32,000 nucleotides of DNA, taken from the NCBI GenBank assembly GCA_024720975.1, contig JANJXX010000001.1, positions 314,811 to 346,810 on the forward strand, in the 5' to 3' direction. A model generated the notes under the pieces. The model made no database searches. It was not told the DNA's origin and was given only the letters and a program-made list of their open reading frames with translations. Below, piece by piece: positions 1-7,244 of the stretch. Position 1 is the stretch's first letter, and each line of letters starts with the position of its first letter. A program made the position numbers and the translations under genes. Source of the DNA: Thermoproteota archaeon (lineage in GTDB: Archaea > Asgardarchaeota > Njordarchaeia > Njordarchaeales > Panguiarchaeaceae).

Positions 1-587
1 GGTTATATTCTGGTAGAAACTGATCAACAAGCTCTTGATCATGAATTTGAACTGGTTCGGAAGTGTGCGATAGAACGAAACCTTCTAGGGAGACCATAAC
101 CGGCAGCAGCACGTGCTTATTCTCAGCAATTTTGTATGCTTGTATTATCGAATCGAGAACCTCCTGATTGTTAGAGGCCCATATTTGAATCCAACCTAAA
201 TCTCGCGCTGATAAAGCATCCATCCAGTCAGCCCATATGTTCCAGGGGGGACCAATAAACCGGTTAACGACGCCCATCACCACTGGTAAGCGCGCACCTG
301 CGACCCATGCTATCATTTCATACATATATGCAAAACCGTGCGATGAGGTCGCTGTAAAAGTTCTTGCACCAGCGGCAGAAGCTCCTGCAACTGCTGCCAT
401 GGCACTATGTTCGCTTTCAACACGAATAAACTCAGCGTTAAATTCACCTTTCTCTATCCATTCACTCAATTTTTCTACAATCTGCGTCTGGGGTGTTATG
501 GGATAGGCGGCTATAACCTCAACACGGGACAACCTTGCACCCCAAGCTGCAGCTTCATTTCCTGTCAATGCTATTGTCCTTGGCACA
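1..587 (-). CDS. porA: 2-oxoacid (pyruvate):ferredoxin oxidoreductase alpha subunit, N-terminal part; gene runs off the left edge of the window
   Basis: My own minus-strand translation. The ORF is absent from the track because it has no stop in the window. It reads VPRTIALTGNEAAAWGARLSRVEVIAAYPITPQTQIVEKLSEWIEKGEFNAEFIRVESEHSAMAAVAGASAAGARTFTATSSHGFAYMYEMIAWVAGARLPVVMGVVNR...WIQIWASNNQEVLDSIIQAYKIAE, colinear with PorA/KorA N-termini. GTG 587 is preceded by GGTG. An alternative in-frame ATG lies at 638. Confidence 0.85.
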
Positions 588-727
588 TTAGAACACCAAT
601 AAACTTCGGAGAATCTAAAGTTATAACTGTTTATCATATACTTACAGACGCCTGCATAAATTTGTGGGGCTAATGTTAGATAATTACCAGACTTTTAATG
701 AGGTTTTGACTTTACTCTCATTTACTG

Positions 728-1312
728 GTGAACATGATGCTAATCGAAGTAACTTGGTTGGGTAGGGGCGGACAAGGAGTCGCCCTAGCATCACGCTTAA
801 TTGTTGAAGCACTAAACTTCGAGAATAAATACGCCCAATCAATGATATTCTTTGGTGCTGAGCGTCGCGGTGCTCCTGTTCGTGCGTATAGTAGAATTTC
901 GGATACCACAATCAGGTACCACCATTTCGTTCGTAGGCCTGATGTGTTTGTCGTTTTCTCCAGAGAGCTACTGTCAATTGAAAGGGTTTTCGATGAAATT
1001 AAGGATGGCGGCACACTCATAGTTAATACTCCAGATCTTGACGCTATTAGGAGCTATATTCCCAGCGATAAAAGAATTAAAATCGGCGGTGTTGATGCCA
1101 ACAGGATTTCTATAGACCTAAATTTAAAAGTTGCGGGTCTTGTAGTTCCAAACACTGTGATGCTTGGTGCATTCTCAAAAATCATTGGACTGCCATCCTT
1201 GGAGTCTCTAATTAAGGCTATAAAACATGCTTGGGCTGATAATCCTAAACTCGCTGATATTAATTCAGAAGCCGCAAGGAGAGGATTTGAAAACGCACAA
1301 ATGTTTACTTAA
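728..1312 (+). CDS. porG: 2-oxoacid:ferredoxin oxidoreductase gamma subunit
   Basis: The protein has the gamma-subunit signature IEVTWLGRGGQGVALASRLIVEA and GAERRGAPV. A GGTGA SD-like motif at 727-731 suggests the real start is ATG 734 or 737 rather than GTG 728. Confidence 0.85.
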   Translation: MNMMLIEVTWLGRGGQGVALASRLIVEALNFENKYAQSMIFFGAERRGAPVRAYSRISDTTIRYHHFVRRPDVFVVFSRELLSIERVFDEIKDGGTLIVNTPDLDAIRSYIPSDKRIKIGGVDANRISIDLNLKVAGLVVPNTVMLGAFSKIIGLPSLESLIKAIKHAWADNPKLADINSEAARRGFENAQMFT

Positions 1313-1380
1313 ATGCAAAATGTAAATAAGTAAGACTACTTAACACCCTAAGTTTAAAAGATTAATTTCTGAGGCTTTCT

Positions 1381-1713
1381 ATGGGATCCTGTATGAGTGA
1401 GCTAGAAGAGAAAATAATAATCCCAGACGAAGAACTCGATATAATGAAAGCACGAGACAAAATCTTGCTACCCATATCAAAACCGAAAGAAGGTGTCGCC
1501 GGAAAAACAGGGTCATGGAGAGTTTTTAAACCTATTTTCCACGCAGATAAATGTATTAAGTGTTATCAGTGCTACCTCTCATGTCCTGATTCCGCTATCA
1601 TTGTGAGCAATTTTAATGAGTTGCCCAAGTGGAACTACGACTTCTGTAAGGGCTGTGGAATCTGCGCAAATGTCTGTCCTCGAAAAGCTATTGAAATGCG
1701 TGAAGAAGGCTGA
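1381..1713 (+). CDS. porD: 2-oxoacid:ferredoxin oxidoreductase delta subunit (2x[4Fe-4S] ferredoxin-like)
   Basis: It has two CxxCxxCxxxCP clusters (CIKCYQCYLSCP and CKGCGICANVCP) in a ~110-aa protein directly downstream of porG. Confidence 0.85.
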   Translation: MGSCMSELEEKIIIPDEELDIMKARDKILLPISKPKEGVAGKTGSWRVFKPIFHADKCIKCYQCYLSCPDSAIIVSNFNELPKWNYDFCKGCGICANVCPRKAIEMREEG

Positions 1714-1790
1714 AAGATCAAGTATGCCTAGATTCACTCCAACTTAAAAGAATAGTTGCTAACACTGCTTTAAAGTACATTCGAGACGGC

Positions 1791-2393
1791 ATGATACTGG
1801 GTATTGGGTCCGGATCGACTGTTCGAGAATTCATTGATCTGCTCTCTAAGTTGAGCCTTCAAGTAAAGTGTATACCAACTTCCTATGACACAGAACTGGC
1901 TCTGCGGAGTAGGGGCCTTAATACCATATCCTTGTTAGATGCACATAAAATAGATCTTGCAATTGACGGTGCCGATTCCGTTTTCTTAGATAAGCGTGTC
2001 ATAATCAAAGGACATGGGGGTGCATTTCTACGCGAAAAAATTGTAGACTATCTTGCCGACGAGTTCATCGTAATAATAACTGAAGAAAAGCTTGAACGCG
2101 TAGTTCCAGTTCCTGTGGAAGTACTTCCATTTGCATATTCTAAATTCATGTTGAATGAGTTATCAAAATATGGAAATCCTCAACTAAGAAGCGCAAGAGA
2201 CAAACTTGGACCAGTAGTGACCGACAACGGAAACTGGATCATTGATATAGATATCCAACCAAACCTTATCTCTAGGAGTCTTGAAATTGAATTAAAAAGC
2301 ATCCCTGGAGTGATAGAAAGCGGCGTCTTCGTGCGAGATGCACGAATCTTAGTTGCGCGAAAGGATGGTAAAGTTGAGGAAAAGACGATCTAG
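1791..2393 (+). CDS. rpiA: ribose-5-phosphate isomerase A (start problematic, see finding)
   Basis: Motifs GIGSGST, AIDGADSV, KGHGGAFLREK, VTDNGNWIID and IPGVIESGVF match RpiA. The conserved N-terminal helix (LKRIVANTALKYIRDG) is in frame upstream of ATG 1791, but no canonical start codon precedes it. Confidence 0.85.
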   Translation: MILGIGSGSTVREFIDLLSKLSLQVKCIPTSYDTELALRSRGLNTISLLDAHKIDLAIDGADSVFLDKRVIIKGHGGAFLREKIVDYLADEFIVIITEEKLERVVPVPVEVLPFAYSKFMLNELSKYGNPQLRSARDKLGPVVTDNGNWIIDIDIQPNLISRSLEIELKSIPGVIESGVFVRDARILVARKDGKVEEKTI

Positions 2394-2694
2394 AAGGAAT
2401 GCATTAAAATTGCGGAGACTACTAGCTAAAAACCATATAGACTGCCTTATGAAACAAGCAATGATGCTAGCAAGTCAAGGCCATAATGAACTCGCCGAAA
2501 GATCTGCTAAAATAGCAAGAAAGATCAGTAAGTGGTTAGGCTTTGGAATACGTAGGTGGCGGTACTTTTTTTGCAAACACTGTAAAAGTTTTATTTTTCC
2601 AGACATGAGGGTACGAGTAAGAAACAATAGATTTACTCATATTGTAATTCTCTGCAAAAAATGTGGGAACTATAACAGAATAAGAGTTAAGTAA
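2365..2694 (+). CDS. rnp4: RNase P protein component 4 (Rpp21 family)
   Basis: A basic helical N-terminus is followed by a zinc ribbon (FCKHCKSF...LCKKCGNYNRIRV). I chose ATG 2365 (MVKLRKRR); the track ORF begins at 2353. The gene overlaps the rpiA 3' end by 29 nt. Confidence 0.75.
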   Translation: MVKLRKRRSRRNALKLRRLLAKNHIDCLMKQAMMLASQGHNELAERSAKIARKISKWLGFGIRRWRYFFCKHCKSFIFPDMRVRVRNNRFTHIVILCKKCGNYNRIRVK

Positions 2695-2706
2695 GTCAAA
2701 CACACC

Positions 2707-3042
2707 TCAACCTAATATTTCTCGAATTACTTCCTGGGGTAAGTCATCATCAACAGTTCTGTTATATAACTTTTCTTGAATCTCCCTAGCATCTTGACTT
2801 ACTTTTGCTGCCATACCAAACATTTTTCCATTCACTCCATGTGCCAGACGAGAGACGAGAAATTTTGTCTTTACGTCGGCTTTAGCACCTATCCACATGT
2901 ATATTATCGAATCCTTATCTTCGACCAAGAGTGCGCAAACATCATCCTTCAACAGTTCATTGACGACTTTGCCTTTAGCAGATTCCACGTTTGAGCCTTT
3001 CATCAGTACTCCGCGAAGCATTTGTTTTTCACCCTTAAGCAT
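2707..3042 (-). CDS. small hypothetical protein with a gelsolin/villin-like domain pattern (candidate single-domain gelsolin)
   Basis: LLKDDVCALLVEDKDSIIYMWIGAKADVKTKFLVSRLAHGV...PQEVIREILG lines up with the gelsolin-repeat pattern (F..GDCFILD...IHQWCG......ERLKA...PEAMLQVLG). A GGTGA motif 8 nt upstream of ATG 3021 suggests the real start is M8 (104 aa). Confidence 0.4.
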   Translation of the reverse strand: MLKGEKQMLRGVLMKGSNVESAKGKVVNELLKDDVCALLVEDKDSIIYMWIGAKADVKTKFLVSRLAHGVNGKMFGMAAKVSQDAREIQEKLYNRTVDDDLPQEVIREILG

Positions 3043-3288
3043 ACAAGATAGTCATTCTAAATTGTATTAAAAAAGATGAACCTTTACTGCACTACAATAC
3101 ACATCCTTAACTACGCGAATACGAAGGAACTAGATAGAACTGGTATCTTAATCCACTAGTGCTAGTAGCCAATATTTTGATATTTCTAGTATCCAGTACT
3201 TGATTCAATGTATGCCTTCCATGAAAGCTAAGAGCTTTAATTCCAGAATTTCTTTAGCTTTCAACATGAAAAACCTCGGTGATGAAGA

Positions 3289-4389
3289 ATGAAAATAACT
3301 GTAAGTGTTATCAAAGCTGATATCGGAAGTATCGCTGGTCATGTAAGAGTGCACCAAGACACCATAGAGGTAGCTAAGAAAAAACTCGAGACGGCCAAGG
3401 AAGAAGGCCTTGTAATAGATTATTATGTATTCAATGCCGGGGATGACCTAGAGCTTTTAATTACACATACCAAAGGAGTAGATAACCCAGAAATTCACGA
3501 GCTTTCATGGGAGATATTTAAGGAATCCGCAAAAAAAGCTAAGGAATTGAAGCTATATGCCGCTGGACAAGATCTATTAAAGGAATCATTTAGCGGCAAC
3601 ATAAAGGGCATGGGACCTGGAGTTGCTGAGATTGAATTTGAAGAGAGACCCGCAGAGCCTTTTGCGGTATTTGCTGCTGATAAGACAGAGCCAGGAGCCT
3701 TTAATCTACCAGTATTTAGAATATTTGCGGATCCGTTTAATACGGCAGGACTGATTATAGACCCAAAGATGCACGCAGGATTCAAATTTATAATAATGGA
3801 CGTCATAGAAGGAAAAGAAATAGAACTCCAAACTCCTGAAGATCTATACGATATTTTAGCTCTTATAGGGCATACTGGTCGGTACATAATAAAATTCGTC
3901 TACTCAAAAGATCCTACGATAGGAGTAGCTGCTGCCGTATCAACTCAGAGATTATCGCTGATTGCTGGACGTTACATTGGAAAAGATGACCCCGTCTGTA
4001 TTATAAGAGCACAACATGGGTTACCTGCCATGGGTGAGATTCTCGAAGCGTTCTCGCAAGCGCATCTTGTTAAAGGATGGATGCGTGGGTCCCATCATGG
4101 TCCTCTAATGCCAGTGCCGCTTAAGTATTCGCAGTGCACGCGATTTGATGGCCCGCCAAGAGTTGTTGGACTCGGATTTAATCTTTGCGAAGGAAAACTT
4201 ATTGGACCTATAGACCTGTTTGACGATCCGGCATTTGATTTAGTACGACAAAAGGCAATGCTAATAACCGACTACATTAGGAGCATGGGCCCGTTTGAGC
4301 CTCATATGTTAGGTCCTGAGGAACTTGAATACACTACGCTACCAGAGGTTCTTAAGAGGCTTAAGAATCGTTGGCGGGAGAGTACATAA
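3289..4389 (+). CDS. fbp: fructose-1,6-bisphosphate aldolase/phosphatase (class V FBPase)
   Basis: The N-terminus MKITVSVIKADIGSIAGH and the 366-aa length are characteristic of the archaeal bifunctional FBP aldolase/phosphatase. A GGTGAT SD lies at 3278-3283, 5 nt upstream of the ATG. Confidence 0.92.
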   Translation: MKITVSVIKADIGSIAGHVRVHQDTIEVAKKKLETAKEEGLVIDYYVFNAGDDLELLITHTKGVDNPEIHELSWEIFKESAKKAKELKLYAAGQDLLKESFSGNIKGMGPGVAEIEFEERPAEPFAVFAADKTEPGAFNLPVFRIFADPFNTAGLIIDPKMHAGFKFIIMDVIEGKEIELQTPEDLYDILALIGHTGRYIIKFVYSKDPTIGVAAAVSTQRLSLIAGRYIGKDDPVCIIRAQHGLPAMGEILEAFSQAHLVKGWMRGSHHGPLMPVPLKYSQCTRFDGPPRVVGLGFNLCEGKLIGPIDLFDDPAFDLVRQKAMLITDYIRSMGPFEPHMLGPEELEYTTLPEVLKRLKNRWREST

Positions 4390-4486
4390 TCTAGCTACGT
4401 AATTAACTCAAACTTAAAAAGATGTACTGTCTAAATCTTTCTTTATAATTGTAGCAATTAATTACAAAATTTTTGATAAAGTGAGT

Positions 4487-4595
4487 GCCGCCGTGGCGTA
4501 GGGGTTTGCGCGCCGGACTCATAATCAGCCTGTCATGGGACGTAAGAGCCGAACCCAACATCCGGAGGTCGCGGGTTCGAGTCCCGCCGGCGGCA
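4487..4595 (+). tRNA. tRNA-Met (elongator) or tRNA-Ile2, anticodon CAT, with ~36-nt intron
   Basis: Hand-folded cloverleaf: acceptor GCCGCCG/CGGCGGC plus A73, D stem GCGT/GCGC, anticodon stem CCGGA/TCCGG, loop CTCATAA (CAT at 4520-4522), T arm GCGGG-TTCGAGT-CCCGC. The anticodon stem closes only if ~4524-4559 is removed. It is not an initiator, since it has G1:C72 and no GGG/CCC in the anticodon stem. Confidence 0.9.
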
Positions 4596-4848
4596 CTCAA
4601 TTAAAACTCTCAGGCTCTACTCCGCATAGCGACTTTAATTTTCGGCAGAGATTATAACGATTATTACATTAGACTAAACTTCAAGAAGTGTTCTTGATAA
4701 AGACGCGCAAAACACCCCGAAATAATTAGTATCAAATACACCTTCGCATTCACAAATCTTGAGGAAGGAAAGTACTGCACTAGTTATAAAGTCCACACAG
4801 TTCAATTGCTGTGCTGATATGCCAATCAAGATGAAGAAATTAGGAAAG

Positions 4849-4999
4849 TCGGCCCGGGGGGATTTGAACCCCCGACCTACCGGTGTCTGCAAGATTTACA
4901 ATACTACATAACATGTACGAGCGGCTACTGAGTACCCTCCGGGAGTTAGCTCACCGGAGGGCTACAGCCGGCCGCTCTAGTCCGCTGAGCTACGGGCCG
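4849..4999 (-). tRNA. tRNA-Tyr (GTA) with a 77-nt intron at 37/38
   Basis: Hand-folded on the minus strand: acceptor CGGCCCG/CGGGCCG (C1:G72, the archaeal/eukaryal Tyr identity pair) plus A73, D stem GCTC/GAGC, anticodon stem GCCGG/CCGGT, loop CT-GTA-G[intron 4961..4885]A, T arm GGGGG-TTCAAAT-CCCCC. A bulge-helix-bulge is possible (CTGT/GCAG helix with 3-nt bulges). Confidence 0.9.
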
Positions 5000-5015
5000 T
5001 GTGAACTCCTAGTAG

Positions 5016-5109
5016 TGGGGGCGAGGGGATTTGAACCCCCGATCTACCGGTCGCTCCTATTTTTCAGCAACTGGAGCCGGCCGCGTTCACCTGGCTACGC
5101 CACGCCCCC
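5016..5109 (-). tRNA. tRNA-Trp (CCA) with a 19-nt intron at 37/38
   Basis: Hand-folded on the minus strand: acceptor GGGGGCG/CGCCCCC plus A73, D stem GCGT/ACGC, anticodon stem GCCGG/CCGGT, loop CT-CCA-G[intron 5070..5052]A, T arm GGGGG-TTCAAAT-CCCCT. The central BHB helix CTCC/GGAG is perfect. Confidence 0.9.
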
Positions 5110-5140
5110 TTCGACTTTAATTGAAGGACACATCAATGCT

Positions 5141-5149
5141 ATAATATTT
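5141..5149 (-). promoter_or_regulatory. candidate TATA box for the tRNA-Trp/tRNA-Tyr transcription unit
   Basis: AAATATTAT on the minus strand lies 32-40 nt upstream of the tRNA-Trp 5' end (5109). tRNA-Tyr begins only 16 nt after the tRNA-Trp 3' end, so the two likely share a promoter. Confidence 0.3.
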
Positions 5150-5376
5150 CTATACACTACATCCTTTAAAAAGTTAAGATTCGCTATTTCGATTTTCTGA
5201 CTGTTGCTTGTTACTACAATCGATCGATTATACAAGCAAAGCTAAAGAGGGTATGCTGCACGGACTCGTATTAAAAGCAGGGTTTTAAATTCCTTATTAT
5301 TGCCACATTAATAAATGTCTAAAAGTAAATATCTACATTTCTGCATGCTAATAGCTCGTTTTTACATTTACGGTTT

Positions 5377-6060
5377 GTGATCATAATGGCAGAAGTTAGC
5401 CTTACTACATTAGCTAAAGAGGCAATAGAACTAAAGAAGAAAATTGATGAACTTGCGCAAAAAGTAAACGACTTAGATATTTTTATGCGAGAAGTTGTTA
5501 TGGTTCTAATCGACGTAATAAACACTACACACGCTACCATCGATGAACTCGAAAAAAGAACTGATAATATAGAGCAAGTTCTGCTTGGTAAAAAACCCTT
5601 GGAGGCTCTAAAACTGGAAGCCCGCGAGATTGAGAGCGCTAAGGCACCAGAGACTCCTATAGAAATACCAACTGGGGGACCAAGACCACCATCAACTCCA
5701 CCTCCAATAGAACCGATAGAGAAAGTACACACTCCAGAAAGTACGCCTACTACGCAGGGCACTATGATTGAATATAAGCAACCGTCCCTTCCTACGCCTC
5801 AGAGCCAGTTAACACCAAGGGAGGCCATCCCACAAGCACAACAGATACAGAGCCCGCAAGAACTACCTAAACCACCAATAACACAGCCCATGACTCAACC
5901 AACCCAGATGCCTTCACAGCAAGCTGGCATTCAAACTAGTCAGCAGACTACTCCCGCCCCAACCCCTGCTCCAAGCCCAGTCCCTCCGGGTCTTCACGGA
6001 CGCTTAGAAGTTATATTCCAGCTTAAGGAAGCCTTAGCTAAGAGGAAGAAACAGACTTGA
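5377..6060 (+). CDS. hypothetical protein: N-terminal coiled coil, long Pro/Gln/Thr-rich low-complexity linker, short basic amphipathic C-terminal helix
   Basis: Heptad-like LAKEAIELKKKIDELAQKVNDL...IDELEKRTDNIEQVL is followed by ~130 aa of P/Q/T-rich sequence and then GRLEVIFQLKEALAKRKKQT. I recognise no family. ATG 5386 is an alternative to GTG 5377. Confidence 0.5.
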   Translation: MIIMAEVSLTTLAKEAIELKKKIDELAQKVNDLDIFMREVVMVLIDVINTTHATIDELEKRTDNIEQVLLGKKPLEALKLEAREIESAKAPETPIEIPTGGPRPPSTPPPIEPIEKVHTPESTPTTQGTMIEYKQPSLPTPQSQLTPREAIPQAQQIQSPQELPKPPITQPMTQPTQMPSQQAGIQTSQQTTPAPTPAPSPVPPGLHGRLEVIFQLKEALAKRKKQT

Positions 6061-6088
6061 CTTTTGCTACATTTAAACAAACTACCAG

Positions 6089-6613
6089 TTGATAGGATTG
6101 GTTAGGGAGATCTCACTTCTGGGAGCAGTGATTGACGATACTATTGCAAGAGAGATTTATGAGTACATTAGCCGCACTATTAGCAAATTTCAAACAAACT
6201 TTCATGAAGTTTATGCGAAAGCTGTAAGTTATGTCATAACTGGTAAGGTTAGCCTACTAAATTGTCATACAACAAAAAAAGCGCTGATACAACTGCTGTT
6301 TATGGTTGGTGACAATGACAGAATTACGCTAATATCCTTTAACAGGTTCCAAAAATTTGCTCCGATTTATGCTTCGGCCTATTGTTCATGTCCAGACTTT
6401 GTTTTTAATGTAAAAAAAGACCACGGAAGACCCTTTTGTGCTCACATTATTGCCGGGTTTCTATGCCTGAAGAGTGCACTAGGTAGCATTCTTGAAACTT
6501 CAGATTTATCATATAGATGTGCGCTTGATAGACACAATCTAAGTGCCATTGAGGCAGTTCACATATGTGTTGATAGGTTGCTTAGTGAAAAACACCATGA
6601 AAAAGAAGACTAA
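6089..6613 (+). CDS. SWIM-type zinc-finger protein
   Basis: YCSCPDFVFNVKKDHGRPFCAHII fits the SWIM signature CxCx(n)CxH. The start is TTG 6089 or GTG 6128; there is no early ATG. Confidence 0.6.
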   Translation: MIGLVREISLLGAVIDDTIAREIYEYISRTISKFQTNFHEVYAKAVSYVITGKVSLLNCHTTKKALIQLLFMVGDNDRITLISFNRFQKFAPIYASAYCSCPDFVFNVKKDHGRPFCAHIIAGFLCLKSALGSILETSDLSYRCALDRHNLSAIEAVHICVDRLLSEKHHEKED

Positions 6614-7040
6614 AACTAAAATCCTCGTCGCGGGCACATTCGACATAATCCACTCTGGTCATATAAAGTTCTTATATGCTGCCAAGAGTCTTGCCAATGA
6701 CTCGGAACTAATCGTCGTGGTTGCACGCGACAGAAACGTCAAACGCATAAAGGGTCATGAACCCATATTTGGCGAAACCGAAAGACTTGAGATAGTCAGC
6801 GCACTTAAACCCGTGGATAAGGCAATTCTAGGGCTCGATTCAGATAATATTTTCGAAATCCTTAAGGTTATTAAACCTGACATAGTAGCGCTAGGATACG
6901 ACCAAAAAATATCCGAAAGTGAGTTAATTACCTGGGCAGAGAGGCAGGGACTTAAACTCAAAATTGTCAGATTACCTAAATTCAGTGCTGGTATAAGTTC
7001 ATCGTCAGAAGTCCGCCGCAAGTTAATGGAAAAAGATTGA
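6597..7040 (+). CDS. ribL: FAD synthetase (FMN adenylyltransferase), archaeal RibL / cytidylyltransferase family
   Basis: ILVAGTFDIIHSGHIKFLYAAKSLA...LIVVVARD...ERLEIVSALKPVDKAILG carries the (T/H)xGH nucleotidyltransferase motif in the RibL layout. I chose ATG 6597 (MKKKTKTK); the track ORF start at 6543 lies inside the SWIM gene. Confidence 0.8.
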   Translation: MKKKTKTKILVAGTFDIIHSGHIKFLYAAKSLANDSELIVVVARDRNVKRIKGHEPIFGETERLEIVSALKPVDKAILGLDSDNIFEILKVIKPDIVALGYDQKISESELITWAERQGLKLKIVRLPKFSAGISSSSEVRRKLMEKD

Positions 7041-7244
7041 TACCATACATAATTTTGTTTTAATCTCAAATGTGAAGCCTTCTTGGTTATGACCCAGTCT
7101 TGGTTTAACGATAGCCAACAATCTGTGTTATTATTTATATTTTTATGTATATTGTAAGACTACCAATAGCAAGTCCTTATCAACCACGCGTCATGATAAC
7201 TATTTTTCCTTCGCCGCTATAAGAAAATATAATTGGTGATCTCC

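Noticed and set aside
237-673. Two plus-strand track ORFs (237-506, 407-673)
   Set aside because: They lie antisense to a much better-supported minus-strand reading frame that translates into a textbook PorA N-terminus. Their products are low-complexity and have no recognisable motifs.
3278-3285. GGTGATGA immediately upstream of fbp (resembles a C box)
   Set aside because: Its position 5 nt upstream of the ATG and its complementarity to the 16S 3' end make it a Shine-Dalgarno site. The same GGTGAT motif precedes several other genes here (7235, 12812, 11248 minus).
4796-4813. T-arm-like hairpin CACAG-TTCAATTG-CTGTG in the 250-bp gap between tRNA-Met and tRNA-Tyr (possible fourth tRNA or sRNA)
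   Set aside because: The loop is 8 nt rather than 7. No acceptor, D or anticodon arms can be built around it, and the flanks are AT-rich, unlike the three real tRNAs.
4403-5200. Track ORFs 4403-4600(-), 4674-4892(-) and 4883-5200(+)
   Set aside because: They overlap the three hand-folded tRNA genes. The open frames are a by-product of the GC-rich tRNA sequence.
5204-5239. Hairpin TTGCTTGT-20 nt-ACAAGCAA containing the palindrome AATCGATCGATT, between tRNA-Trp and ORF 5377
   Set aside because: An 8-bp stem with a loop of that size is expected by chance several times in this window. The inner palindrome is not concentric with the outer stem, and no flanking signal supports a function.
6543-6596. 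Upstream extension of the ribL ORF (track start 6543)
   Set aside because: The extension lies inside the SWIM gene and encodes no RibL-like sequence. The family-typical N-terminus (MKKK..ILVAGTFD) begins at ATG 6597.
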